From Candidatus Sericytochromatia bacterium (GTDB lineage: Bacteria; Cyanobacteriota; Sericytochromatia; S15B-MN24; JAQBPE01), in assembly GCA_035285125.1 (NCBI GenBank), contig JAYKHR010000071.1, forward strand, positions 1-54,468: DNA of 54,468 bases, read 5' to 3'. Position 1 is the stretch's first letter, and every line of letters starts with the position of its first letter. A program made the translations under genes and the position numbers. The notes under the pieces are model-generated. The model did no database searches, was not told the origin of the DNA, and was given only the letters and a program-made list of their open reading frames with translations. Positions 45,711 through 54,468 of this stretch are shown piece after piece.

Positions 45711-46040
45711 ATGCCCGTGACCGCACCGACCAACCGCCTCGGCCCCGCCGGGGCCGCCCTGGGCCAGCCCAAAGGGCCGAGGGCCCTGAAGCGCCTGGGC
45801 CAGCCAGAAACCCCGGAGCAGAAGCGGCTGATGAAGGCCGCCAAGGACTTCGAGGCCGTCATGCTCGGCATGGTGCTCAAGCAGATGCACCAGACGAGCG
45901 GCGCGGACCCGCTGGGCGGCGGGGCCGCCAACCAGACGTGGCGGGACATGCTCGCGGACGAACGCGCCCGTTCGATGGCGCAGGGGGGAGGGCTCGGGCT
46001 CGCGGACAGCATCTACCAGCAGCTGGCCCAACGGGTATGA
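45711..46040 (+). CDS. flgJ: FlgJ-like rod-binding protein (N-terminal domain only)
   Basis: AAKDFEAVMLGMVLKQM, WRDML, GGLGLADSIYQQL; no muramidase domain. Confidence 0.85.
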   Translation: MPVTAPTNRLGPAGAALGQPKGPRALKRLGQPETPEQKRLMKAAKDFEAVMLGMVLKQMHQTSGADPLGGGAANQTWRDMLADERARSMAQGGGLGLADSIYQQLAQRV

Positions 46041-46091
46041 TGAGCGGGAGCCGACGCGCCGTGCCAGGCCCGACCCCCGGGAGCCCGCCCC

Positions 46092-46442
46092 TTGAGCATC
46101 GTCAACTGCCCCCGTTGCCACCGGATGTTCCGCCGCCAGGGCGAGCGGAAGATCTGCCCGGGCTGCGTAGAAGAGGAAGACCTCGCTTACGGGCGCCTGT
46201 GCGACTGGCTGCGCGCGCACGCGGGCGCGTCGCTCGCGGAGGCCGCCGCGGCCACGGGGACGGACGAGGTGATGGCTGCGCGCCTGTTGCGCGACGGCCG
46301 CGTCACGCTGATGGACCTGGTGCGCCCCGAGGATCGGCCACGCTGCCGGAGTTGCGACACCCCGATCACGGGCGGCCAGATGTGCCCGGCCTGCGCCCGT
46401 ACCCTGGGTGACGCGCTCACGGTGCGCCCCTCGGACGCCTGA
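46092..46442 (+). CDS. Flagellar operon zinc-ribbon protein, YvyF-like
   Basis: NCPRCHRMF...CPGC, central HTH-like segment, CRSC...CPAC; located directly before flgM. Confidence 0.78.
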   Translation: MSIVNCPRCHRMFRRQGERKICPGCVEEEDLAYGRLCDWLRAHAGASLAEAAAATGTDEVMAARLLRDGRVTLMDLVRPEDRPRCRSCDTPITGGQMCPACARTLGDALTVRPSDA

Positions 46443-46511
46443 CGGCCAAGAGGCCAACCCTTTCCCCGATCGACCCGCGCGCCACGCATGAATAAAATGT
46501 GACGTCGGGAT

Positions 46512-46538
46512 TCAAGTCTGCCTCCAGCGCGCCGATAA
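46512..46538 (+). promoter_or_regulatory. Sigma28 promoter of the flgM operon
   Basis: TCAA-15 nt-GCCGATAA (perfect -10). Confidence 0.8.
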
Positions 46539-46610
46539 TCGCCTTGGAGGAGGTCTCGTCAGGTCGCACGTCGACCGGGCAAGACCCGGACGCAGGAAAG
46601 AGGTGAAACC

Positions 46611-46910
46611 ATGCGTATCTCCAACGAGCAGGCGCAGCAGATCCTGGCTGCTCAGGGCGTCAAAGGCCCGAAGGCGGTGAAGGGGCAAGCTGGGCCCGCT
46701 CCCACAACGGCTCCTGCATCCGACGCCGTCTCCGTGTCCAGCAAGGGCCAGGAGATCGGCAAGGCGCTGCAGGCACTCGCAGGGTTGCCCGATGTTCGTG
46801 CCGACAAGGTCGCCGCGCTCAAGGCCCAGATCGAGGCAGGGACCTACCAGGTCTCCGGCCGAGACATCGCCGAGAGCTTGCTGCGTCGCGCGTCGGACAA
46901 GCTCATCTAG
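46611..46910 (+). CDS. flgM: Anti-sigma28 factor FlgM
   Basis: DAVSVS, PDVRADKVAALKAQIEAGTYQV, IAESLL. Confidence 0.92.
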   Translation: MRISNEQAQQILAAQGVKGPKAVKGQAGPAPTTAPASDAVSVSSKGQEIGKALQALAGLPDVRADKVAALKAQIEAGTYQVSGRDIAESLLRRASDKLI

Positions 46911-46919
46911 GCCCGCCTC

Positions 46920-47417
46920 GTGAGTGGGTGTTTCGGCCAGCTCGACCAGGTGCTGGGGCAGCAGCTTGCGGGCCTGACGGCTCTCAAGAACTGGCTTCCG
47001 CGCAAGGTCGAGCTGCTCCAAGCCGGCCGGCTGACCGAGCTGGAGGCCCTGGTGGCCAAAGAAGAGGAAACCCTTGCGCGGCTGCAGCAGCTCGAGGGAG
47101 AGCGGCGCGTGCTGGCTGGCATGGCTGCTCGCGAGCTGGGGCACACCGCCACCCCGTCGCTGCCCGGGCTCGTGCAGCTCGCCCCCTTGGCCGAGCGGCC
47201 GCGGCTGCAGGAGCGGTTGCGGGCCATCGAGGCCGTGGCGCACGCGTGGCGGGAAGCGCGGGCGACCCTGATGCCGAGGCTGGCGCGGTCGCTCGACGAC
47301 GTGCACCTGACGCTCGACGCGCTGGCGGAGCTCTCGGCCCGCCGTGGACCCGACTACCAGGCCAGCACCGGACCGGTGCCGGGGGCCGTCACCATGATGG
47401 TGGACCGCACGGCCTGA
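46920..47417 (+). CDS. flgN: Flagellar export chaperone FlgN
   Basis: Helical protein between flgM and flgK; LQQLEGERR; ends MVDRTA. Confidence 0.75.
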   Translation: MSGCFGQLDQVLGQQLAGLTALKNWLPRKVELLQAGRLTELEALVAKEEETLARLQQLEGERRVLAGMAARELGHTATPSLPGLVQLAPLAERPRLQERLRAIEAVAHAWREARATLMPRLARSLDDVHLTLDALAELSARRGPDYQASTGPVPGAVTMMVDRTA

Positions 47418-47454
47418 CCCGCCGCGAGCCGGGCGGCTCGATGGGAGGAGCTTC

Positions 47455-48966
47455 ATGAACGTTGGTCTGTACGCCTCGGTGGCGGGCCTGCTCACGGCCC
47501 AGCGCGCCGTCGACATCGCCAGCCACAACATCGCCAACGCGGAGACCGAGGGGTTCTCCAGGCAGCGCGGGGACACCTCGGCGGCCCTGCCCCTGGCCCG
47601 GGCCGCGATCGGCAACGTGGGCACGGGCGTCAAGCTGGATGCCATCAACCGGGTGCGCGACGAGCTGATCGACCGGCAGGTGCGCAACGAGCAGAGCAAG
47701 CTCGGGGAGTCCGAGGCGCGGTCGCTGACGCTGACCAAGCTTGAGCAGGTGCTCGGCGAGCCCGGTGACACGGCACTGTCCGGCCGGTTCGCGGCCTACT
47801 ACGACTCGTGGCAGCGGCTGTCGACCAACCCTGAGAACACGGGTTACAGGCTCGCCGTGCGGGATGCCGCCGTGAGCCTCACGGAGACCTTCCGAGGCCT
47901 CAACACCAGCCTGGAGGCGCTGCGCGACGAGATGATGCTGCGCGCCGAGGCCGTCGTGGCCGACTTGAACCAGAAGGCGACGCAGATTGCCGACCTCAAC
48001 CGGGAAATCGTGGCCACGCTGGTGCAGGGGCAACAACCCAATGACCTGATGGATCAGCGCGACGTGCTGATCGACCAGGTGAGCAAGCTCGTCAAGGTGC
48101 AGGTCGTCGAGGTGCCCTCCACCGGCGCGCTCAACGTGTACCTGGGCAATCAGCCGCTGGTGGCGGGCCCGAATGCTTACATGCTCGACAACCCGGCAGT
48201 GAACGCGCTGACGGACACGGCCTCCATCGCGTTCACGAAGGCGCCCATCGACCCCGCCACGGGCGCCAAGGTGGCGGCCACCATCGGGGGCGGCGAACTG
48301 AAGGCCATCCTCGAGGCGCGGAACGTCACGCTCGCCAAGCTGCCCCCGGCGGCCGGCCAGGCCGAGGGCGTGCTGTTCCGGCTGCACCAGCTGGCAACCT
48401 ACGTCATCAGCGACACGAACCCCATCCACACCTCGGGCTTCGACCGCTTCGGGGACGCCGGTGGGGCCTTCTTTGCCGGCACGAACGCCTCCGACATCGC
48501 GGTCTCGAGCACCATCCTGACGGATGCGACGGACGGCACGGGCAAGCAGGGCTTCGACCTCATCGCCGTGGCGGGGGAGGCGCCGAGCTCGGCGTCGGGC
48601 GGCAAGGCCGACAATCGGACGGCCCTCGAGATCGTTCGCCGCCGCTTCCAGAACCTCGTCAGCAAGGAACCACCGCCCGCGGACCCGCGGACCTCGCCGC
48701 CCGTGGCGGGGGCCAAGCCCTTCGAGGACTTCTGGCAGGCCACCGTGTCCGGCATCGCGCTGTCGGTGCAGTCCGCCGGCCGCACGGTGAAGACCCAGGA
48801 GGCCCTCGTCCTGACGGTCACGGAGCGACGGTCCGTCGTATCGGCCGTGTCGACGGATGAAGAAATGGCCAACGTGATCCGATACCAGAAAGCGTATGCC
48901 GCCTCGGCGCGCATGGTGTCCACCATCGACCAGATGCTGGACCTCCTCGTCAACCTCGGTCGGTGA
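47455..48966 (+). CDS. flgK: Flagellar hook-associated protein FlgK
   Basis: HNIANAETEGFSRQ, NDLMDQRD, VSTDEEMANVIRYQKAYAASAR. Confidence 0.94.
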   Translation: MNVGLYASVAGLLTAQRAVDIASHNIANAETEGFSRQRGDTSAALPLARAAIGNVGTGVKLDAINRVRDELIDRQVRNEQSKLGESEARSLTLTKLEQVLGEPGDTALSGRFAAYYDSWQRLSTNPENTGYRLAVRDAAVSLTETFRGLNTSLEALRDEMMLRAEAVVADLNQKATQIADLNREIVATLVQGQQPNDLMDQRDVLIDQVSKLVKVQVVEVPSTGALNVYLGNQPLVAGPNAYMLDNPAVNALTDTASIAFTKAPIDPATGAKVAATIGGGELKAILEARNVTLAKLPPAAGQAEGVLFRLHQLATYVISDTNPIHTSGFDRFGDAGGAFFAGTNASDIAVSSTILTDATDGTGKQGFDLIAVAGEAPSSASGGKADNRTALEIVRRRFQNLVSKEPPPADPRTSPPVAGAKPFEDFWQATVSGIALSVQSAGRTVKTQEALVLTVTERRSVVSAVSTDEEMANVIRYQKAYAASARMVSTIDQMLDLLVNLGR

Positions 48967-48979
48967 AGGGAGTCGCTGA

Positions 48980-49963
48980 ATGCGCATCACCAACAGCATG
49001 CTGTACCAGCGGTCGCTGCGTGACATCAACGCCAACCGCCTGGCCCTGGCAGACACCCAGCGCCAGATTTCCACGGGCAAGCGGGTGGCCACTGGGTCGG
49101 ACGACCCGCTGGCACTCGCGCAGACCCAGGCCATCCGCCGCGAGATGTCCGAGATCGGGGGCTACCTGGCCAACGTCGACACGGGCCGCGCGTTGCTCCA
49201 GGAGACGGACCAGGTGCTCAGCGTCTTCCAGGACGCGATGCTCCAGCTGCAGGATCGGCTGATCCAGGCCAGCGGTGGCGGCAAGACGGCCGACACACTG
49301 AACACCTACAAGGCGGAGATTCTCGAACTGAAGGAGAACCTCCGGCAGCTCGCCAACAGCCGGGACGGCCAGGGGCGCTACCTGTTCGCCGGCTGGAAAA
49401 CGGCCGAAGAGCCCTACCCCACCGACCTCACGATGGGCTCGAACGGCCTGCAGCAGATCCGCTTCGAAGTGGGTCGCGGCACCACGATGGAGATGAGCGT
49501 GAACGGCGACAGCTTCATCGGGGAGACGGTGCCCCCGCCGCTGGGCCCCCCGCCCATTGGCGAGGAACATCTCTTCGCGGCCATCGACGCCTTCGTGGCG
49601 ACGCTCGGCAGGAACCCGGGCTCGACGTTCGTGAAGGTGCTGGATCCGACGGCTGTGCCGCCCCTCACCGTCACGAAGACCTGGCGGGAGGAGCAGGCCG
49701 ACCAGGCTGGCAGCCTGCAGCGCCGCATCGCGACCCTGACGACGGTGCGGACCTCGGTGGCGGAGCGCATCCAGCGGCTCGACGAGCTCGAGGTGACCTA
49801 TGAAGCCCGCTTGCAAAGCATGTCTGGGCGCATCGACGATCTGGAGGCCGCAGACCTCCCGACGGCGTCGCTGAACCTGGCCCGCCAGGACGCGGCCTTC
49901 AAGGCGGCGCTCTCGGTCACGGGCCGCACGTTGCCAACCTCGCTGGTGGACTACCTGCGATGA
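48980..49963 (+). CDS. flgL: Flagellar hook-associated protein FlgL
   Basis: MRITNSM, QISTGKR, SDDP, YLFAG, SLVDYLR. Confidence 0.93.
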   Translation: MRITNSMLYQRSLRDINANRLALADTQRQISTGKRVATGSDDPLALAQTQAIRREMSEIGGYLANVDTGRALLQETDQVLSVFQDAMLQLQDRLIQASGGGKTADTLNTYKAEILELKENLRQLANSRDGQGRYLFAGWKTAEEPYPTDLTMGSNGLQQIRFEVGRGTTMEMSVNGDSFIGETVPPPLGPPPIGEEHLFAAIDAFVATLGRNPGSTFVKVLDPTAVPPLTVTKTWREEQADQAGSLQRRIATLTTVRTSVAERIQRLDELEVTYEARLQSMSGRIDDLEAADLPTASLNLARQDAAFKAALSVTGRTLPTSLVDYLR

Positions 49964-50445
49964 GCCAGTTGCTGGAGACGCCTGTGATACACCTCGACAC
50001 CACCCGGTTCGGCCACATGGAGATCGCGCACGAGGCCATCGTGCACTTTCCGCTGGGCCTGCTCGGCTTCGAGCGCTACGCCAGGTGGGTGATCCTCGAC
50101 AGCGAGGCCACGGCCCCGATGCGCTGGCTGCAGTGCGTCGACGACCCGGCCGTGGCGCTGCTGGTCGTCGAGCCCCAGCTCTTCTTCCTGAACTACGCGC
50201 CTGGCCTGAGCGCCGAGGACAGAGACTTCCTGCAACTCGCCTCTGACGAGGACATGGTCGTCGCCTGCGTGGTGGTGGTCCCGGACGACCCCACGTTGAT
50301 GACGATCAACCTCCTCGGTCCCCTGGTCTTCAACGCGGCGAAGCGTGTCGGCAAGCAACTGGTGCTGGCCGAAAGCCAGTACTCGCCCCGGCAGCGGCTC
50401 ATCCCGGACGTGACGCCTGCTGAAGCTCCAGTCCCGGTGGGGTAA
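49960..50445 (+). CDS. fliW: Flagellar assembly factor FliW
   Basis: TTRFG, FPLGLLGFE, WLQCVDDP, TINLLGPLVFN, GKQLVL. Confidence 0.93.
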   Translation: MSQLLETPVIHLDTTRFGHMEIAHEAIVHFPLGLLGFERYARWVILDSEATAPMRWLQCVDDPAVALLVVEPQLFFLNYAPGLSAEDRDFLQLASDEDMVVACVVVVPDDPTLMTINLLGPLVFNAAKRVGKQLVLAESQYSPRQRLIPDVTPAEAPVPVG

Positions 50446-50492
50446 GATGGGGTAGCGCCCCTACCCCTTACCTACACCGATCAGGAACCTCC

Positions 50493-50750
50493 GTGCTCGT
50501 CTTGAGTCGCAAAATCAACCAGAGCGTGATGATCGGCGACGACATCGAGATCATCCTGCTCGAAACGAAGGGGGACACGGCCAAGCTGGGCATCGTGGCG
50601 CCCCGCGATGTGAAGGTCTACAGGCAGGAAATTTACCAGGCCATCAAGTCCGAGAACATCAAGGCGACGCAGGCGCCCACGCCCGCCGTCGACGTGGCCT
50701 CCTCGCTCCTGAAAGACGTCCTCAAGGCCCGGAAGCGAAGCGAGCCCTGA
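50493..50750 (+). CDS. csrA: Carbon storage regulator CsrA
   Basis: MLVLSRKINQSVMIGDDIEI, LGIVAPRDVKVYRQEIY; long C-terminus typical of FliW-regulated CsrA. Confidence 0.96.
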   Translation: MLVLSRKINQSVMIGDDIEIILLETKGDTAKLGIVAPRDVKVYRQEIYQAIKSENIKATQAPTPAVDVASSLLKDVLKARKRSEP

Positions 50751-50772
50751 GGCCCGAGTCTCCCGCTCCGAC

Positions 50773-50801
50773 ATGCCCGCCTCTGGCGGGCATTAACTTT
50801 T
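50773..50801 (+). terminator. Intrinsic terminator after csrA
   Basis: ATGCCCGCC-tct-GGCGGGCAT followed by TAACTTTT. Confidence 0.65.
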
Positions 50802-50957
50802 GTAACAGGTGTGACGGATGCACGCCGGCGATCCGGACGGGGGGTTATACTTATGTCACCCATCGCAGCCAGATTGGCCCTGTAAGCGTGTCTACGGCCT
50901 GACTTCGCCCGTCTCGCGCCACCAGGCCCCGACTTCCCGACGACCGGGGAGGACGAC

Positions 50958-52460
50958 TTGAAGATTCGGCAGTACACGGCACCCACGATTCAAGAAGCCA
51001 TCTTGAAGATCAAGGTGGATCTCGGCCCCAACGCCGTGATCCTGCACAGTCGCAAGCTCAAGAAGGGCGGCGTGCTGGGGTTCTTCAGCAAGGACGTGGT
51101 GGAGGTCCTGGCGGCCGATCCGGGCGAGGGCAAGGACCGGCATGCAGGCCAGGGGCGGTCCGATCAATCGCCGACGCGGGACCTGGCGCAGGCCATCCGG
51201 CAGTCCTTGCCCGATGATGGCGACGACGCCCCAGAGATCGAGCTGGGCCCCCTGGCGGCCAAGCCCCCCGCTCGCCCCGCGGGCCGCACCAAGCAGGCCC
51301 CGCCGCCTCCGCCTCCGCAGCCCGAGCCGGAGGATTACGAGGAAGAGGACGAGTTCGAAGCGGTCGCCCCCCCGCCACCGCCACCGCCACCGGCCCCTTC
51401 TCGGCGCCTGGCGGAGCGGTACTCCGAACCCGCCGACGAGCCTCTGCCGGCGCCTGCGCGCAGGACCGCCGCCGCCGCCGTGGCGGAACCCGAAGTCGCC
51501 GTGGCGGAGGTCCGCCCGGAGCCTTCGCTGCAGCCGCAGGTGATCATGATGCCCGAGACGGGCCGGCTCGCCGAGGAAGTTTCCGACCTCAAGGCCAGCG
51601 TCACGGACCTCAAAGCCATGATGGCGAGCCTCGCCGGCAAGCTGGAGATGCAGCCGCGCTCCGTGGCGCAGTTCCCGACGCTGATGCAGCGCGTGTACGA
51701 CAAGTTGCTCGCGCTGGACGTGGACGCGTCCATCGCCCGCGGGCTGGTCGTCTACCTCCAGAAGGAGCAGCCGCACCTCAAGACCTACGAAGAGCTGTGC
51801 GAGGCCCTCGAGACGCCCGTCGCCGGGCTGTTCGGCGTGAGTGGCCCGATCGCCACCGTGGCCGGCGAGCGCAAGATCGTCTCGCTCGTGGGGCCGACGG
51901 GCGTGGGCAAGACCACCACCATCGCCAAACTGGCCGCGAACTTCGCGCTGTCTCGTCAGACCGAGATGGCCTTGCTGACCATCGACACCTACCGCGTGGC
52001 CGCGATCGAGCAGCTCAAGACCTACGGGGACATCATCGGGCTGCCCGTGGACGTCGTGCTGACGCCCCAGAGCCTCAAGGAGGCCCTTCGCACCCACCAG
52101 GACAAGGGGCTCATCCTCATCGACACGGCTGGCCGCAGCCCCTACAACCGCCTGCACATCAACGAGCTGCGCAGCTTCCTCGACGTCGACCCGCGGGTGG
52201 AGACGCACCTCGTGCTGTCCGCCACGACCCGGCTCGCCGACCTGAAGCAGATCGTGAAGCACTTCGCCTCGACGGGGGTGGACCGCCTGATCTTCTCCAA
52301 GACGGACGAGACCGACATCCTCGGCGGCGTCATCTCGATTGCCCACGAGACGGGCCTTCCCGTCTCCTACGTGACCACCGGCCAGAGCGTGCCCGACGAC
52401 ATCATGGTCGCCGAAGGCCCTGCGCTGGCCCGCATGCTCGTCCAGCAGCTCAGGGGTTGA
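50958..52460 (+). CDS. flhF: Flagellar biosynthesis GTPase FlhF
   Basis: DLGPNAVIL N-terminus, GPTGVGKTTTIAKLAA, DTYRVAAIEQL, DTAGRS, GQSVPDDI. Confidence 0.95.
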   Translation: MKIRQYTAPTIQEAILKIKVDLGPNAVILHSRKLKKGGVLGFFSKDVVEVLAADPGEGKDRHAGQGRSDQSPTRDLAQAIRQSLPDDGDDAPEIELGPLAAKPPARPAGRTKQAPPPPPPQPEPEDYEEEDEFEAVAPPPPPPPPAPSRRLAERYSEPADEPLPAPARRTAAAAVAEPEVAVAEVRPEPSLQPQVIMMPETGRLAEEVSDLKASVTDLKAMMASLAGKLEMQPRSVAQFPTLMQRVYDKLLALDVDASIARGLVVYLQKEQPHLKTYEELCEALETPVAGLFGVSGPIATVAGERKIVSLVGPTGVGKTTTIAKLAANFALSRQTEMALLTIDTYRVAAIEQLKTYGDIIGLPVDVVLTPQSLKEALRTHQDKGLILIDTAGRSPYNRLHINELRSFLDVDPRVETHLVLSATTRLADLKQIVKHFASTGVDRLIFSKTDETDILGGVISIAHETGLPVSYVTTGQSVPDDIMVAEGPALARMLVQQLRG

Positions 52461-52464
52461 ACGC

Positions 52465-53442
52465 ATGAGTGATCAGGCGAACCGGCTGCGGGAGCTCATG
52501 CGCCAGAACCGCAAGGCGCCGGGGGGCAACGTCGACAGGCCGAGCAGCGCGACCCAGGCGCTGGAGCCGGCAGACGCCGTGACGGCCACCGTCGCCTCCG
52601 TGACGATGAGCACGAGTCCGGCCCTGCCTGCGGGCTCCAACGCCCGCGTCATCGTGGTCACCAGTGGCAAGGGGGGCGTCGGCAAGACCAACATCACCGT
52701 GAACCTCGCCCTCGCCCTGGCCAAGCGAGAGAAGCGCACGGTGCTCTTCGACGCCGACCTCGGCATGGCGAACGTGGACGTGATCCTCGGCGTCTCCCCC
52801 AAGGCCACCCTGGGCGACGTCATCGCGGGCCGCAAGACCCTCGAGGAGATCCTGCTGCCCGTGGGTGATTACATGCACATCGTGCCCGGCGGCTCAGGCA
52901 TCCACGAACTCGCCGACCTCGACCAGCAGCAGCTCGAGGGCTTTGTCCGAGACCTCGCGGGCCTGGAGGACAGGGCCGACTTCATCCTGGTCGACACGGG
53001 GGCTGGCATCAGCCGCGGCGTGCTCAACTTCGTGCTGGCGGCCCACGAGGTGCTCGTGGTGACCACGCCGGAGCCCACCGCCATCACGGACGCTTACGGG
53101 CTGATCAAGGCCATCGACCAGCACAACCCCCTCGCCCAGGTGCGGCTCATCATCAACATGGCCGAGTCCGAGCAGGAGGCACGGGCCGTGGCCCAGAAGC
53201 TCATCATGATCGTCGACCGCTTCCTCGACGTGGAGGTGTCCTTCCTCACCTACATCGAGAAGGACCCCCACGTGAGCCGCGCAGTGCTTCAGCAGCAGCC
53301 CTTCTACCACGCCTTTCCGTACGGCCCGACGACCCGGCGCATCAACATGCTGGCCAGCCTGCTGGTGGACCCCCAGGACGACGAGCCGGCCCCGGCGCCG
53401 TCCTCGGGCTTCTTCTCACGGCTGGCGCGGCTGCTTCGCTGA
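52465..53442 (+). CDS. flhG: MinD-like ATPase FlhG/FleN
   Basis: DQANRLR activator helix, SGKGGVGKT, DADLGMAN, DTGAGI, PEPTAITDAY, C-terminal amphipathic GFFSRLARLLR. Confidence 0.92.
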   Translation: MSDQANRLRELMRQNRKAPGGNVDRPSSATQALEPADAVTATVASVTMSTSPALPAGSNARVIVVTSGKGGVGKTNITVNLALALAKREKRTVLFDADLGMANVDVILGVSPKATLGDVIAGRKTLEEILLPVGDYMHIVPGGSGIHELADLDQQQLEGFVRDLAGLEDRADFILVDTGAGISRGVLNFVLAAHEVLVVTTPEPTAITDAYGLIKAIDQHNPLAQVRLIINMAESEQEARAVAQKLIMIVDRFLDVEVSFLTYIEKDPHVSRAVLQQQPFYHAFPYGPTTRRINMLASLLVDPQDDEPAPAPSSGFFSRLARLLR

Positions 53443-53460
53443 CGCGCGCCCCGCGGGGCT

Positions 53461-54468
53461 TCACTCGTCCTTGAGGCCCTTGCCCAGCACGCGGACGATC
53501 TCCTCCACCGAGGTCTGCCGGCCCAGCACCTTGCGCTTGCCGTCCTCGAGCAGCGTCAGCATGCCCCCTTCGGCAGCGGCGTCGAGCATCTGGATCGAGG
53601 AGGCCTCCTCGTTGATGAGCTCCTTGATGCGTCGGGTCACCTCGAGGATCTCGAAGACGCCGAGCTGGCCCTTGTGGCCCGTGCCGTTGCAGATGTCGCA
53701 GCCGGCCCCCCGGGCGAGGATGAGCGGCTCGTCGAGGGGCCGGGCCAGGAAGGCCTTCTCCTCGTCGTCGGCCTCGTACTCCTCGTAGCAACCCTTACAA
53801 ACCTTGCGCACGAGGCGCTGCGCGACCACGCACAGCAGGGTCGCGGACACCATGTAGGGCGGGATGCCCATGTCGATCAGGCGCCCCACGGTCTCAACCG
53901 TGCTGTTGGTGTGCAGGGTCGAGAGCACCATGTGGCCCGTCAGAGCGGCCTCGATGGCAATCTCGCCCGTCTCCTTGTCGCGGATCTCACCGAGCATGAT
54001 GGTGTCGGGATCCAGGCGCAGGATGGTGCGGAGGGCAGCGGCAAAGGTCAGCCCGATCTTGGCGTTCGCCTGGATCTGCGTGATGCCCTCCACCGGAAAC
54101 TCCACGGGGTCCTCGATGGTGACGATGGAGTCGTGCTGCTTGTCCATCGCGGCCAGCGACGCGTACAGCGTGGAGGTCTTGCCCGAGCCCGTGGGTCCCG
54201 TGACGAGCAGGATGCCGTTCGGCGCGTTGATGTAGGGCATCAGCTTGTCGAGATCGTCCGGCGTGAAGCCTAGGGCCTCCAGGCCAAGCGCGATCGTCTT
54301 CGGACGCAGGAGCCGCATGACGACCTTTTCGCCCCAGTGGCAGGAGATGACGGCCACGCGGAAGTCGATCTTCTGGCCCTGGTGCCGCACGGAGAAGCGG
54401 CCATCCTGGGGCCGCCGGCGCTCGGCGATGTTCATGTCGGAGAGGATCTTCACGCGGCTGATGACGGC
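53461..54468 (-). CDS. GspE/PilB-family assembly ATPase, 5' part beyond the window
   Basis: ERRRPQDG, GPTGSGKTSTLY, TIEDPVE, GEIRD, TGHMVLSTLHTN, AQRLVRKVC tetracysteine motif. Confidence 0.93.
   Translation of the reverse strand, partial: AVISRVKILSDMNIAERRRPQDGRFSVRHQGQKIDFRVAVISCHWGEKVVMRLLRPKTIALGLEALGFTPDDLDKLMPYINAPNGILLVTGPTGSGKTSTLYASLAAMDKQHDSIVTIEDPVEFPVEGITQIQANAKIGLTFAAALRTILRLDPDTIMLGEIRDKETGEIAIEAALTGHMVLSTLHTNSTVETVGRLIDMGIPPYMVSATLLCVVAQRLVRKVCKGCYEEYEADDEEKAFLARPLDEPLILARGAGCDICNGTGHKGQLGVFEILEVTRRIKELINEEASSIQMLDAAAEGGMLTLLEDGKRKVLGRQTSVEEIVRVLGKGLKDE

Noticed and set aside
51290..51400. CCG/CCA-rich short tandem repeats
   Set aside because: They encode poly-proline linkers inside FlhF and are not an independent repeat element.
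1..54468. CRISPR arrays, tRNAs, transposases, integrases, defence systems
   Set aside because: None recognised by eye; nearly all sequence is accounted for by the listed genes.

Overview
High-GC bacterial chromosomal window with about 50 tightly packed genes and no CRISPR array, tRNA or mobile element that I can support. The left edge appears to be the promoter and leader of an rRNA operon on the minus strand, cut at the 16S 5' end. Then come def-udk-fmt-rsmB-rlmN-rsgA, two tandem paralogous surface lipoproteins, thrS, a PDZ-like protein, a peptide ABC transporter lacking its ATPases, secG and a FecR/NHL-repeat pair. The middle holds a mycobacterial-Sdh1-like (type F) succinate dehydrogenase, a stand-alone four-motif MshEN protein, class I fumarase, the rplU-rpmA-obgE-proB-nadD-helicase-yqeK-rsfS run and spoVS. 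The right part holds a Cys-rich membrane protein, three very large PilV/PilW/PilX-like minor pilins, an operon encoding a ParM-like actin plus two paralogous amphipathic-helix/coiled-coil proteins, a Firmicutes-style flagellar cluster (slt-flgF-flgG-flgJ-yvyF-flgM-flgN-flgK-flgL-fliW-csrA, flhF-flhG) and a truncated PilB/GspE ATPase. The best candidate for an undescribed system is the actin plus two coiled-coil operon (39660-43215), which looks like a membrane-anchored cytoskeletal system rather than a plasmid partition cassette. Cyanobacteria-like housekeeping proteins together with flagella suggest a non-photosynthetic relative of Cyanobacteria such as Sericytochromatia (inference only). All calls are by motif recognition; no searches were run. 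Many start codons were moved downstream of the ORF-track starts.
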